Source: an uncultured bacterium | GTDB lineage: Bacteria; Babelota; Babeliae; Babelales; Babelaceae | Assembly: GCA_963824495.1 (NCBI GenBank) | Contig: CAWGPQ010000011.1 | Span: 1 to 64,000, forward strand | Direction: 5' to 3' | DNA length: 64,000 nt | Shown here: positions 9,419 through 18,958 of the stretch, one piece after another | How the letters are laid out: the number at the start of each line of letters is the position of its first letter | How positions within the stretch are numbered: the stretch's first letter is position 1 | The notes under the pieces: model-generated | The model's input: only the letters and a program-made list of their open reading frames with translations | The model's database searches: none | What the model was told of the DNA's origin: nothing | Made by a program: the position numbers and the translations under genes

Positions 9419-10735
9419 ATGCACCATATTAGAAGCTTGCTCATAGTTTTACTTCATGTAGTTGTGGTTAATCTACAAAGCACTACGGTTGTTCATATAG
9501 ATCCAGAGCAGCATAGCAATCTCGATGCTAGTGCAGCGTTGCAAATGCCCATCTTTTTAGGTGTTGTTGCAGCTTCATCCTCAGATCAAGAATTAGAAGC
9601 TATCGTTAAGGTACTCAAAGCTGACCTTGAGCGTAGTGGCCAATTTTCAGTAACCGTTCAGCTTCTTGCCTATCCCAAGACTATTGGCGAAGTGACGGCC
9701 CTGTTCAAGAGTGGTTATTCGCTGGCACTCTTTATTAATGAGCTTAAAGATTCAGCCGGTATTGAATGGCGTTTGTATGATGCTACGCAGGTCCTTATGA
9801 TAAAGGGTAAGCGATCAAGCAAGTGGGGAAATAGTGCTGCCGAATGGGCACATCATATTGCTCAAAATGTGTGGAAGGAGTTGGTAGGTAATCGTGGACC
9901 TTTTATATCTAAGATTGCTTATATTAAGAAAGTTGCCCGTAATCGTGCTCAAACACTGTATCAATTATGGGTATGCGATAGTGATGGTGCGCATCACCAG
10001 CTCATATTATCAAGTAATCGTATTATCGTTGCACCCTATTGGACTAATGATAGCGAGCACCCGGGGCTGCTCTTTTCAGAGTTTACGCTTTCTAATGTCG
10101 GCTTAAGAGCGCTTGACATGCAAGGCAATAAGCGTATGGTGCTGGATCTTGAAGGTACTACAGTGGGTATATCTTATGTGCCTAATTCCTCTGATATTGT
10201 CTACGGTAGATCCGGAGCACTATGGCGTTATCACTTTGATCTTGAGCATAAAAAGAGTATCCATAGCCTTATAATTAAAGAAAAAGATGCATGTGCTAGT
10301 CCTATAGTGCTTGCACATGGTGATATCATCTATTGCAGCCAGGGCAAAATTAAATATCATCACAGTGATACGAAAAGTACTGAGATTTTAACCCCACATG
10401 GCTATTGTGTTGGACCTGCTTATAGTAGTCAAGAAAATGCTCTTGTGTATTCCAAAAAAGTTAAAGGTATAATGCAGCTTTATATGTATAGCTTTATTAC
10501 CAAAGAGCACGTGCAATTAACACATGATAAAGGTGATAAGACTGAAGCATGTTGGTCACCCTGTGGTAATTATATAGCATTTTGTTGGGACCAGGGTATA
10601 ACAAGCTACATCGCAACACTTCACTGTAGAACTAAACAGTGCGCTATTCTCACCGGTGTTAAAGAGCACTGTAGCTATCCTGCATGGTCCCCATTATTTG
10701 AAACATTTCCTGTTATTAAAGAGTTAACGTTATGA
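9419..10735 (+). CDS. tolB: TolB-like beta-propeller protein
   Basis: DL..SG.F N-domain, AH.IA..V...L.G..G.F.SKIAY, and WSP/PAWSP repeats. Confidence 0.85.
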   Translation: MHHIRSLLIVLLHVVVVNLQSTTVVHIDPEQHSNLDASAALQMPIFLGVVAASSSDQELEAIVKVLKADLERSGQFSVTVQLLAYPKTIGEVTALFKSGYSLALFINELKDSAGIEWRLYDATQVLMIKGKRSSKWGNSAAEWAHHIAQNVWKELVGNRGPFISKIAYIKKVARNRAQTLYQLWVCDSDGAHHQLILSSNRIIVAPYWTNDSEHPGLLFSEFTLSNVGLRALDMQGNKRMVLDLEGTTVGISYVPNSSDIVYGRSGALWRYHFDLEHKKSIHSLIIKEKDACASPIVLAHGDIIYCSQGKIKYHHSDTKSTEILTPHGYCVGPAYSSQENALVYSKKVKGIMQLYMYSFITKEHVQLTHDKGDKTEACWSPCGNYIAFCWDQGITSYIATLHCRTKQCAILTGVKEHCSYPAWSPLFETFPVIKELTL

Positions 10736-11226
10736 CAATCAAAAAGCCCCCGTTCATTGAGAGTGTAGAGCATCAAGCAGTCTAAAGCTTTAAGAGCTGC
10801 GTGAACAGATTCCCTAACTGCATGTATATCTACTTGTTTTCTCTCATCTGCGCTTAAGGACTCTAAATAGCTTGAGATATTTTTATATGAACATTCCTCT
10901 AAGTTAGCCTTGTGCGCTATGCTATCTACCCAACCTTGAGCTATACCACGCACAATAGTGTCTACCAAGGTGTTATTGGGGTAGGCAACATCAAATTTTA
11001 ATGTGAATACAAACAGGGTGTCATACTGATCACTAGATTTGATCGATGCTAAATCCAGTAAGAATTTTTGAAATTCGATCTTTGTTTTACTGTCGACTTT
11101 TGATGTATACCTATACTTCATAATATCAGCAATTGCTTGTTCTATCCTAAAGCATGTATCGCTTGCGGTAGCGATTGCTGCCGGCAATAAACATGTAATA
11201 GTTATATATATGAAAAGCTTTTTCAT
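10675..11226 (-). CDS. Hypothetical secreted protein
   Basis: Start MKKLFIYITITCLLPAAIATA (ATG 11226) with an upstream GAAAGGA SD; overlaps the tolB 3' end by 61 nt. Confidence 0.65.
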   Translation of the reverse strand: MKKLFIYITITCLLPAAIATASDTCFRIEQAIADIMKYRYTSKVDSKTKIEFQKFLLDLASIKSSDQYDTLFVFTLKFDVAYPNNTLVDTIVRGIAQGWVDSIAHKANLEECSYKNISSYLESLSADERKQVDIHAVRESVHAALKALDCLMLYTLNERGLFDCHNVNSLITGNVSNNGDHAG

Positions 11227-11436
11227 GGACGTCCTTTCTTGACAAGGGTCTACTAGTGTTAGTGATAGTATAGCACAGTACTTAAAATTAACTTCTGTTT
11301 TTGGCTTAAAACCCAGCAGTCGTCTCAAGCTTCTCTCAATATTTTAAAATATTATAAATAAATATTGAAAATAGAAATTTAATTTGATTATACTAAGATT
11401 GGTAATAGTTTTAATAATAATTTTTCTAGAGGAGAC

Positions 11437-11916
11437 ATGATGAGCTACAAAAAATTACTTTCTTTAGCGCTACTTGCTCTTGTTGGCACATATCAACATG
11501 ATAGGGCAGCGGAAAGCCAAGGGGCTGAGCTTGAGGATATAGAAAAACTTGAGCAAGAAATACTTGAACTTCTTAAGAAAGACTTTGAAGGATTTAAAGA
11601 AGCTGAAGAAGTCCACAAGCCTGCAGAAGAATTGAGCAAAAAAGCCGAGGAAGCCCATAAAGAAGCAGAAGAAGCTCATAAAAAAGCTGAAGAGGCTGAG
11701 CAGAAAGCAGAAGAAGCTCGAGAAAAATCAATAGAAGCTGAGCAAAAAGCACATGATGCTCATAAAAAAGCAGTTCAAGCCAGCTTAAAGGGCAAGGTTT
11801 TGCCACAAAATCTCCATAATCTTTGGCAAGAAGACTTCGGTCGTTACGGGGACGATGAAGATTTCGGTCCAGTGGGGGGCCGTCAAATCTCCCTTGAAGA
11901 GCTGCTCAATGCTTAA
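11437..11916 (+). CDS. Secreted acidic coiled-coil protein with heptad repeats (AEEAHKK-like)
   Basis: GAGGAG SD, TTGAAA-N18-TATACT upstream, signal peptide and tandem 7-aa repeats. Confidence 0.8.
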   Translation: MMSYKKLLSLALLALVGTYQHDRAAESQGAELEDIEKLEQEILELLKKDFEGFKEAEEVHKPAEELSKKAEEAHKEAEEAHKKAEEAEQKAEEAREKSIEAEQKAHDAHKKAVQASLKGKVLPQNLHNLWQEDFGRYGDDEDFGPVGGRQISLEELLNA

Positions 11917-11939
11917 TTAAGCTCTTTTTTAAGATTTAA

Positions 11940-12001
11940 AATTCTGGGGTAGTCAAGATGGTCATAGAAACCCATTAGACTTCTCCAGAATTCTTTTTTT
12001 T
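11940..12001. terminator. Probable intrinsic terminator between convergent genes
   Basis: aattctgggg...ctccagaatt stem followed by a T-run. Confidence 0.55.
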
Positions 12002-12014
12002 GCTGCATTATTTC

Positions 12015-14069
12015 TTATACGGGTTTATGTCGTGAAATAAGAAAAGCAGCAATAAGCACTTCTAGCTCAAGGGGTAGTGTGATGCCTGTACGCGAGATAT
12101 TTTCAAATCTTCGCTCAGCACCGTGTTGAAAAAGTTGAGCAATCTCGTAATGTTGATTTCTGTCAGCCAAGCCGCCTGGAGTATAGCCTTCATTATCATG
12201 AGCATACATAGTTGCCCCATGGGCAAGAAGTTCTTGCACTATCTCTACATGCCCCTGAGCAGCAGCCCAATGTAACGCTGTCATGCCCAAGTCATCTCGT
12301 ACATTAACGTCAGCTGGAGCAAGACTGGGCAATAGTTCTCTTACAAGATTAAGGTTGCCAATCACTGCTGCACGTGTTAGCGGTGGGTTACATGTAGCTG
12401 GGAAATTACTTACATGTTTCTCTCGTCCGGGTGGTACCCTAACTCCATATCTTAACAAGAAGGTAGCAATTTTATAGTGACGTTGATCGAGTGCGATGGT
12501 AACAGCAGTATTTCCATCATTGGTAACATGATTTCTATTGGCACCATGAGCTATAAGCAATTCGATTACCTCCCGATGACCTCTAGCTGCAGCCCAAATA
12601 AGAGCAGTATTGCCATAACGGTTAGCATGGTTAATTAAAGCACCATGAGCTAGAAGAAGCTCGACTATGCTTTTATCTCCTCCTATAGCTGCCCATATAA
12701 GAGCAGTATTGCCGACAGAGTTAGCTTCATTAACATTAGCACCACGTGCTAAAAGAATTTTGATAATATTTACATAACCCTCTTGGGCTGCCAGTATAAG
12801 GGCTGTATTGCCCCACCTATTGGCATGGGCAATATTTGCGTTACGTTGTGAGAGTAACTCAACAGCTTGAGCATGACCATTATAAGCTGCTTCAATAAGG
12901 GCGGTATCGCCAATGTTAGTGGTCTCGTCTATGAAAGCACCATTATCAAGAAGAAGCTTAATAACTTCCGTGTTTCCAGCGGCGGCAGCTTCATGAAGGG
13001 CAGTCCAACCATCACTTTCTCTTTTATAATGAGCTTGAGCGCCATAATTTAAGAGGAGCTGAATAATTTCAGTATTGCCCCGCCAGAGGGCAACTATAAG
13101 GGGAGTGTTTTCATTATGAGCGATATAGTTAGCATTAGCACCATGAGTTAGAAGCAACTTGATCACGTCTGTATGTCCATAGAAGATGGCCAAGATAAGG
13201 GCGGTATCACCGTCAATATTGTCCATTTGACCAATATGTGCTTGATGATTATAAAGAAGGAGTTGTGCTAGAGCAGTACGACCATATTGTGCAGCGAAAT
13301 GTAGTGGTGTCTGGTCTTGATTATTAAGGGCGTTTACCTGAGCATTATGAGAAAGTAGAACTTGGGCAATTACTTGGCCATTACGTATTGCTATATGTAA
13401 TGGTGTATTGCCCTCTTCATCTTGAGCGTTGATATTAAAGCGTTGATCTTCAAGTAATAGCTGTACAACTTTACCGTTTCCTTGAGCAACTGCCCAATGT
13501 AGTGGGGTAAACGTTCTTTCAGGTATTGCCAGATTTGGAGAAGCCAAGAGCTGCCTTACTTCTTGAGTATTTCCTAGCATACATGCTCGGGATAGATTAT
13601 CAGTAATCAATGACTTAAGCCCATCCATAGCTTTATTATTGCTGCCAGGGTATACGATAGAGGTATCGCAACCACCATACTGTAAAAGCAAGAGGATAAT
13701 CTCCTTATTGCCACGGTGGAATGCTATGTTAAGTGCTGTAGGTCGGGCTAAGGGAGATTCTGCTTGATTGACGTTGGCGCCGTACTGCAAGAGGAGTCTA
13801 ACTATTTCTATATCTCCACGATTGGCAGCAAAATAAAGAGGACCATGGAGGCCAGACGTGCCCATATAGTTGACGTCTGCACCTTGACTTAGAAGTCTTG
13901 CTATTTCAGCTTTGTTGGTCTTGGGATTGTTTACTGCCGCAAGCAATTGCTTGTTAAGATCGCCTTGACTGCTGCTTGTGTTATCGTTATTGCTATTCAT
14001 GCAATGGCTATATAGGTATACAGCGAGGAAAATAGGTAGTAAGAGTAGCTTTTTATAGATATTTTTCAT
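12015..14069 (-). CDS. Large secreted ankyrin-repeat protein with C-terminal F-box-like motif
   Basis: Signal peptide; many GNTALI/TPLH ankyrin repeats; ends TLPLELEVLIAAFLI. Confidence 0.92.
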   Translation of the reverse strand: MKNIYKKLLLLPIFLAVYLYSHCMNSNNDNTSSSQGDLNKQLLAAVNNPKTNKAEIARLLSQGADVNYMGTSGLHGPLYFAANRGDIEIVRLLLQYGANVNQAESPLARPTALNIAFHRGNKEIILLLLQYGGCDTSIVYPGSNNKAMDGLKSLITDNLSRACMLGNTQEVRQLLASPNLAIPERTFTPLHWAVAQGNGKVVQLLLEDQRFNINAQDEEGNTPLHIAIRNGQVIAQVLLSHNAQVNALNNQDQTPLHFAAQYGRTALAQLLLYNHQAHIGQMDNIDGDTALILAIFYGHTDVIKLLLTHGANANYIAHNENTPLIVALWRGNTEIIQLLLNYGAQAHYKRESDGWTALHEAAAAGNTEVIKLLLDNGAFIDETTNIGDTALIEAAYNGHAQAVELLSQRNANIAHANRWGNTALILAAQEGYVNIIKILLARGANVNEANSVGNTALIWAAIGGDKSIVELLLAHGALINHANRYGNTALIWAAARGHREVIELLIAHGANRNHVTNDGNTAVTIALDQRHYKIATFLLRYGVRVPPGREKHVSNFPATCNPPLTRAAVIGNLNLVRELLPSLAPADVNVRDDLGMTALHWAAAQGHVEIVQELLAHGATMYAHDNEGYTPGGLADRNQHYEIAQLFQHGAERRFENISRTGITLPLELEVLIAAFLISRHKPV

Positions 14070-14428
14070 GGTTATGCTTTCTGGTTATACTCCTTGATTG
14101 ATTGGTATAAATCGAGCCTATCTGAAGAAAATAGTATATCAAAACAAATAAATAGTGTACATTAAAAATAAAACTTGCAGCAGTAGGGCACTCTAATGTG
14201 TGGAAATTTTTAGCCCGAGTTTTGGAGCCTTGGAAAAACTGAAGATTGAGGCTATTGAGAATTCGACAAAAATGTGGATTTGAGTATACTAATAGTACCA
14301 AGGGTATGCTGGCTAGGCTACTGTAAGCTCTTCTTTTATCGTGTTTAAATTAATTATCGACGAATGGGTAGAGAATAGGGTAAACTAGAAATTGTTAGGT
14401 AGTTTATACGTAGTACGTTAGGTTGGTT

Positions 14429-16264
14429 ATGAAAACAAAAATAAACTTTAAGAATTTTAAAGGTGGACCAAGAAATCTTCTCCTTCTCGGTGCCTTCTTT
14501 TTGGTCAGCGTTATGGTGCTTACTCAGCTTACTGAATACTCACGTAATACTCACCCTATGAGCTATTCGACCTTTTTAAAGAACGTTGAGCTTGACCAAG
14601 TGCGGTCTGTGCATATTATAGGTCAAAAGGTTTATGGGCTCTTACGTGATGGTCGGACTCGGTTTGAAACCGTTATGGGTGACAACCCTAAGAATTGGGA
14701 TATTTTGCGTGATCATAACGTTGAGATGTTTGTAGCCGAAGCATCATCACCATTTGGCTTTTGGCATATTCTGTCGTTTTTTGCGTTATTGCTTCCTCTT
14801 ATGGTGGTAGCAATCTGGTATTTTACCCGTCAATCCCGTACAACAGGAAGTGGTGGTAATAGTATTTTTACTATGGGTAAAAGTAAAGCAAAGATGTTCC
14901 TACCATCTCAAATTAAGGTTAACTTTGACTCGGTTGCAGGGGCAGAGGAGGCCAAAGAAGAGCTGAGCGATGTTGTAGATTTTTTAAGAAACCCAGAAAA
15001 ATACCGACGCCTTGGGGCTAAGCTAACCCGGGGGGTATTATTGGTAGGTGAGCCTGGTAACGGTAAAACGCTTTTAGCCCGGGCAGTTGCTGGTGAGGCT
15101 AATTGTCCGTTTTTTAGTATTAGTGGGTCAGATTTTATTGAGGTATTTGTTGGTGTTGGAGCCTCACGTGTAAGGGATCTCTTTAGCGAGGCTCGTAAAA
15201 AGGCGCCGGCTATCATCTTTATAGATGAAATTGATGCGATTGGACGTCAACGAGGAAGTGGCCTTGGCGGTAGTCATGATGAGCGTGAGCAAACCTTGAA
15301 CCAGCTTTTGACTGAGATGGATGGGTTTGATACCGCTGGAAGTCCTGTTATCGTTTTGGCAGCAACGAATATACCCGAAGTTCTTGATAAAGCTTTGCTC
15401 AGACCTGGCCGCTTTGATCGTAAAGTAATGGTCCCTTTCCCGGATTTGGTAAGCCGTGAGCAAATTCTTGAAGTTCACGCTAAGGGCGTTAAAATTGATA
15501 GCGCAAGTGTTGATTTAAAAAAAGTTGCTCGTGGGACAACGGGGTTTAGTGGAGCTGATCTAGCTAATTTGATTAACGAAGCAGCTATTAATGCATCCAA
15601 GAGGAATAGAGATCGCGTAGAGCTTCAGGATTTTGACGAAGCACGTGACAAAATCCTTATGGGTAAAGAGCGTAAATCCCTTATTATGTCACCTGCAGAG
15701 TTGAAAATGACGGCGTTTCATGAAGCTGGTCATGCATTAGTTAATGTGCTTATGCCTGAAGATACTGAGCCGCTTTATAAAGTAACGATTATTCCTCGCG
15801 GGGAATCACTTGGTTCAACTCATTGGATACCATTGCGCGATAAGTACTCGCAAAGTAAAGAAGAATTGCTAGCAGCTATTATTTGTGCACTTGGTGGTCG
15901 TGCTGCTGAGGAGCTTGTCTTTAGTAAAATTTCGACCGGTGCCGCCAGTGATTTTTATAAGGCAACAGATTTAGCACGAAAGATGGTCTGCTTCTATGGC
16001 ATGACCAGTACGCTTGGCCCTATTATCTATATGCGTTCAAGCACGGGTAAGCAAGAGTATTCTGAAGAAACAGCACGTATGATCGATCAAGAGATACGAT
16101 CAATCATTGACAGCTGCTATAATAAGGCCTTAACGCTGCTTAAAGACAATCGAGATAAACTTGATGCTCTGGCTCATGAACTGCTCGATAGAGAGACTCT
16201 TCACGCAAGTGAGGTATATGCACTGTTAAATATTCCACCGCGAGAAGGACATTTGTTACAGTGA
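14429..16264 (+). CDS. ftsH: ATP-dependent zinc metalloprotease FtsH
   Basis: Two TM segments, GEPGNGKT Walker [19 protein letters not shown] and HEAGH. Confidence 0.97.
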   Translation: MKTKINFKNFKGGPRNLLLLGAFFLVSVMVLTQLTEYSRNTHPMSYSTFLKNVELDQVRSVHIIGQKVYGLLRDGRTRFETVMGDNPKNWDILRDHNVEMFVAEASSPFGFWHILSFFALLLPLMVVAIWYFTRQSRTTGSGGNSIFTMGKSKAKMFLPSQIKVNFDSVAGAEEAKEELSDVVDFLRNPEKYRRLGAKLTRGVLLVGEPGNGKTLLARAVAGEANCPFFSISGSDFIEVFVGVGASRVRDLFSEARKKAPAIIFIDEIDAIGRQRGSGLGGSHDEREQTLNQLLTEMDGFDTAGSPVIVLAATNIPEVLDKALLRPGRFDRKVMVPFPDLVSREQILEVHAKGVKIDSASVDLKKVARGTTGFSGADLANLINEAAINASKRNRDRVELQDFDEARDKILMGKERKSLIMSPAELKMTAFHEAGHALVNVLMPEDTEPLYKVTIIPRGESLGSTHWIPLRDKYSQSKEELLAAIICALGGRAAEELVFSKISTGAASDFYKATDLARKMVCFYGMTSTLGPIIYMRSSTGKQEYSEETARMIDQEIRSIIDSCYNKALTLLKDNRDKLDALAHELLDRETLHASEVYALLNIPPREGHLLQ

Positions 16265-17058
16265 TAGTCCTTACTCCCCTTATTGCCAGCATTGAATTGA
16301 TTATTAAGCAAGCCGGTGCTTTAGTACTTGGGTATTTACGTAAACCCCTCGTACGAATCTCTAAAGATCATGCGGGATTTGTAACCCAAGCAGATCTTGA
16401 AAGTGAGCACTATCTTATAGCTGAGCTTAAGAAAGTCTTGCCACAAGCAGGATTTTTTGCTGAAGAATCAGGCCAAGAGGGTAGTGGTGTTTATCGTTGG
16501 GTTATTGATCCCCTTGATGGTACAACAAACTTTGCTTATGGGCTACCCTATTTCTGTATTTCAGTGGCCCTTACGTACCATGATGAGCCAATTTTTGGCA
16601 TGATATATGATCCGTTACATGATGAGCTCTTTTATGCCCTTAAGAATCAAGGAGCGTTTCTTAAAAAATCTTGCTCTAGCAGCCCTCAGCAACTCAAGGT
16701 TCTGCCTACATCGGAGCTTGGGCAGGCACTTGTATTCTTTGGTACACCTTACACTCATGATATATCATTAAGAAGGGTTATACATAATGTTGATGGATTA
16801 GCTCGACGTGTTGCCGCTCTCAGGCATTTTGGTGCGGTAGCGCTTGACCAAGCACAAATTGCTGCTGGTCGTGCTGATGCCGTCTTTTTTACTAACTTGG
16901 GCTGGTGGGATGTTGCGGCAGGGATGCTGTTAATCGAAGAAGCTGGAGGGACCGTAACCACTTTTGAGGGTAATCGTGTGCGACCCGGCTATCAGTCATA
17001 TGTTGCAGGTGTGCCGTTAGTACACGCTGAACTGCAGCCCTTCTTGAAGAAAGCATAG
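16261..17058 (+). CDS. suhB: Inositol monophosphatase family protein
   Basis: WVIDPLDGTTNF and WDVAAG motifs. Confidence 0.9.
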   Translation: MIVLTPLIASIELIIKQAGALVLGYLRKPLVRISKDHAGFVTQADLESEHYLIAELKKVLPQAGFFAEESGQEGSGVYRWVIDPLDGTTNFAYGLPYFCISVALTYHDEPIFGMIYDPLHDELFYALKNQGAFLKKSCSSSPQQLKVLPTSELGQALVFFGTPYTHDISLRRVIHNVDGLARRVAALRHFGAVALDQAQIAAGRADAVFFTNLGWWDVAAGMLLIEEAGGTVTTFEGNRVRPGYQSYVAGVPLVHAELQPFLKKA

Positions 17059-17143
17059 TTTGAAAAAAAATGCCCTCTCAAGTAAACTATAGTATATCTA
17101 TACTGTGTAATTATTAACTGTGTAATTATGAAAGGATTAAGAC

Positions 17144-17347
17144 ATGTCTCGTATATGTAGCGTATGCGGTAAACGACCGCAGGTGGCCAATATTGTTAGC
17201 CACGCTAAAAATCGTACTAAAAAGTGGGTATACCCTAATGTTCATGCAATGCGTTTTACCTATGTTAATTGTCCATCGCACAAGGTACACGATGGTAAAG
17301 TATGTACTAAATGCATTAAAGCAAAAAAAGTTCAAAAAGTTTTATAA
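17144..17347 (+). CDS. rpmB: 50S ribosomal protein L28
   Basis: [10 protein letters not shown]...[15 protein letters not shown]...CTKC. Confidence 0.93.
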   Translation: MSRICSVCGKRPQVANIVSHAKNRTKKWVYPNVHAMRFTYVNCPSHKVHDGKVCTKCIKAKKVQKVL

Positions 17348-17362
17348 CCGAGAAAGCTAACC

Positions 17363-17665
17363 ATGGCAAATACTGTATCAGCAAAAAAGAGCGCTCGTCA
17401 AAACGAAAAATGCCGTCAGCGTAACCTTGCCCGTCGCACAGCTATTAAAACATCTATTAAAAAATTTATGACTGCTCTTGAAACCCCAAACTCAAGTGCT
17501 TACCTGCTAGGTCTTTTACGTGATGTTGAAGCTAAGCTAGCTCGCGCTAAGGGTAAGGGTGTTGTGCATGCTAATACTGCAGCACGTAAATTAAGTCGCT
17601 TAGCTAAAAAAGCTACGCAAGCCCAGCAGCGACAATCCCAAGCCACTTCAGAAAAATCAGCGTAA
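17363..17665 (+). CDS. rpsT: 30S ribosomal protein S20
   Basis: MANTVSAKKSARQ...KGVVHANTAARKLSRL. Confidence 0.95.
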   Translation: MANTVSAKKSARQNEKCRQRNLARRTAIKTSIKKFMTALETPNSSAYLLGLLRDVEAKLARAKGKGVVHANTAARKLSRLAKKATQAQQRQSQATSEKSA

Positions 17666-17705
17666 AACCTGCTTGATCGCCAACGCTTTTTTGTAGCTTG
17701 TTGAG

Positions 17706-17766
17706 AATAACTGTTAAATAACTGTTAAATAACTATTGACAACATAAAATTTATAATTCTATTATA
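17706..17766 (+). promoter_or_regulatory. sigma70-type promoter preceded by 11-bp tandem repeats
   Basis: (aataactgtta)x2 plus aataactattg runs into TTGACA (17736), with TATTAT 18 nt downstream. Confidence 0.55.
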
Positions 17767-17823
17767 AAAATGTTAAGTCATGTATACGTTATTAAAGAAA
17801 ACAAAAGAGAAGAGGGATTCTTT

Positions 17824-18168
17824 ATGAAGCGGCTCAAGAAACTGTTGGCTGCAGGATTTATTCTGGCGTATAGCACAGTTCAGCCTCTACAGGGGGGAAC
17901 CTGCTATTGTGAGGTGCGAGCTTATAAGAAGGATAGTCGTGGATACGTTGAGGTAGGGGCTGCCAACAGTGAAGCAGAGTGTAAGAAAAATTGCATAAAC
18001 TATAGTTATCGTGAACCACGCTATCGTAACCGTGTTAGGTCATATGTCTATTATCAATCCGAAGGGTTGGCACCACGAGCAGGTGATCTCTTTCCACGGA
18101 CAGATGCCGATCGTGCCCTTGAACGATTTCAGGACTATGCAGAAGCACACCCCGAACTAGACCTATGA
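17824..18168 (+). CDS. Small secreted Cys-containing hypothetical protein
   Basis: Likely start MKRLKKLLAAGFILAYS after GAGGG; contains CYC and CKKNC. Confidence 0.7.
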   Translation: MKRLKKLLAAGFILAYSTVQPLQGGTCYCEVRAYKKDSRGYVEVGAANSEAECKKNCINYSYREPRYRNRVRSYVYYQSEGLAPRAGDLFPRTDADRALERFQDYAEAHPELDL

Positions 18169-18277
18169 GAAGTTTGAAGTTTGTTGAAAATAGACAAAAA
18201 TAGTATTTCAAGTAACATAAGCTTTGTTATACTTAATTTTAACTAGCTGATAATCTATTTTTACTCGAGAGACTTCT

Positions 18278-18946
18278 ATGGTAACTTCATCTTGTTCACG
18301 TCCACGTGTTACGCATATGGCAATCGTTATGTTCCTCCAGCTTTTTCCTCTTAGGGCAGAAAAAGATGGTGTAGTATGCCGTCATCGATGTCCACATCTC
18401 ACTACTACGTTGGTCTCATGCTCAAACTGCACAGCACCCTGTCAAGAAGAATGCAAAGTAGCTGAAAATTCTAGTAAATCTATTCCCGATATCAAATTTC
18501 AGGATCTTTTCTTACACATAAAAAATAGTGAAATTCTTAGCAAAGCGCACAAGAGTTATGCTCATCTTGCCAGTGCTACGAAAGAGCACGTTCAGCACAT
18601 TAGAAGTACTCTCAAGCCACTTTTAGAACAACGCTATAGAGGCGTACAAGTATCTGAATTACTTGGTTTAGTTACAGGTGTGGTATTTGGTAGCGCTCTT
18701 CTCTATAGCTATCATGCGCAATTAGAAGCATCTGAAGCTGCACTATCTATATCACAGGGAGATTTTGATAAGTTACCTCGTAATGCCTACAAAGAGCGCA
18801 TATGGCAAGCCATGTCGGAAAATAAAAAGCTAGAGTTCTGGGAAAACTGTGAACAAAGTGGTCAACTATCAAAGCAAGATCAAAATAATAAGCTTTATAT
18901 AGAATTAAAGCAATCACAAAGCGCTAATGGTGATAGACAAAGCTAA
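18278..18946 (+). CDS. Hypothetical protein with Cys-rich N-terminal region and an internal TM segment
   Basis: Signal-like N-terminus, CRHRC...CSNCTAPCQEEC, and one central hydrophobic helix. Confidence 0.65.
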   Translation: MVTSSCSRPRVTHMAIVMFLQLFPLRAEKDGVVCRHRCPHLTTTLVSCSNCTAPCQEECKVAENSSKSIPDIKFQDLFLHIKNSEILSKAHKSYAHLASATKEHVQHIRSTLKPLLEQRYRGVQVSELLGLVTGVVFGSALLYSYHAQLEASEAALSISQGDFDKLPRNAYKERIWQAMSENKKLEFWENCEQSGQLSKQDQNNKLYIELKQSQSANGDRQS

Positions 18947-18958
18947 GCATATCGGGTG

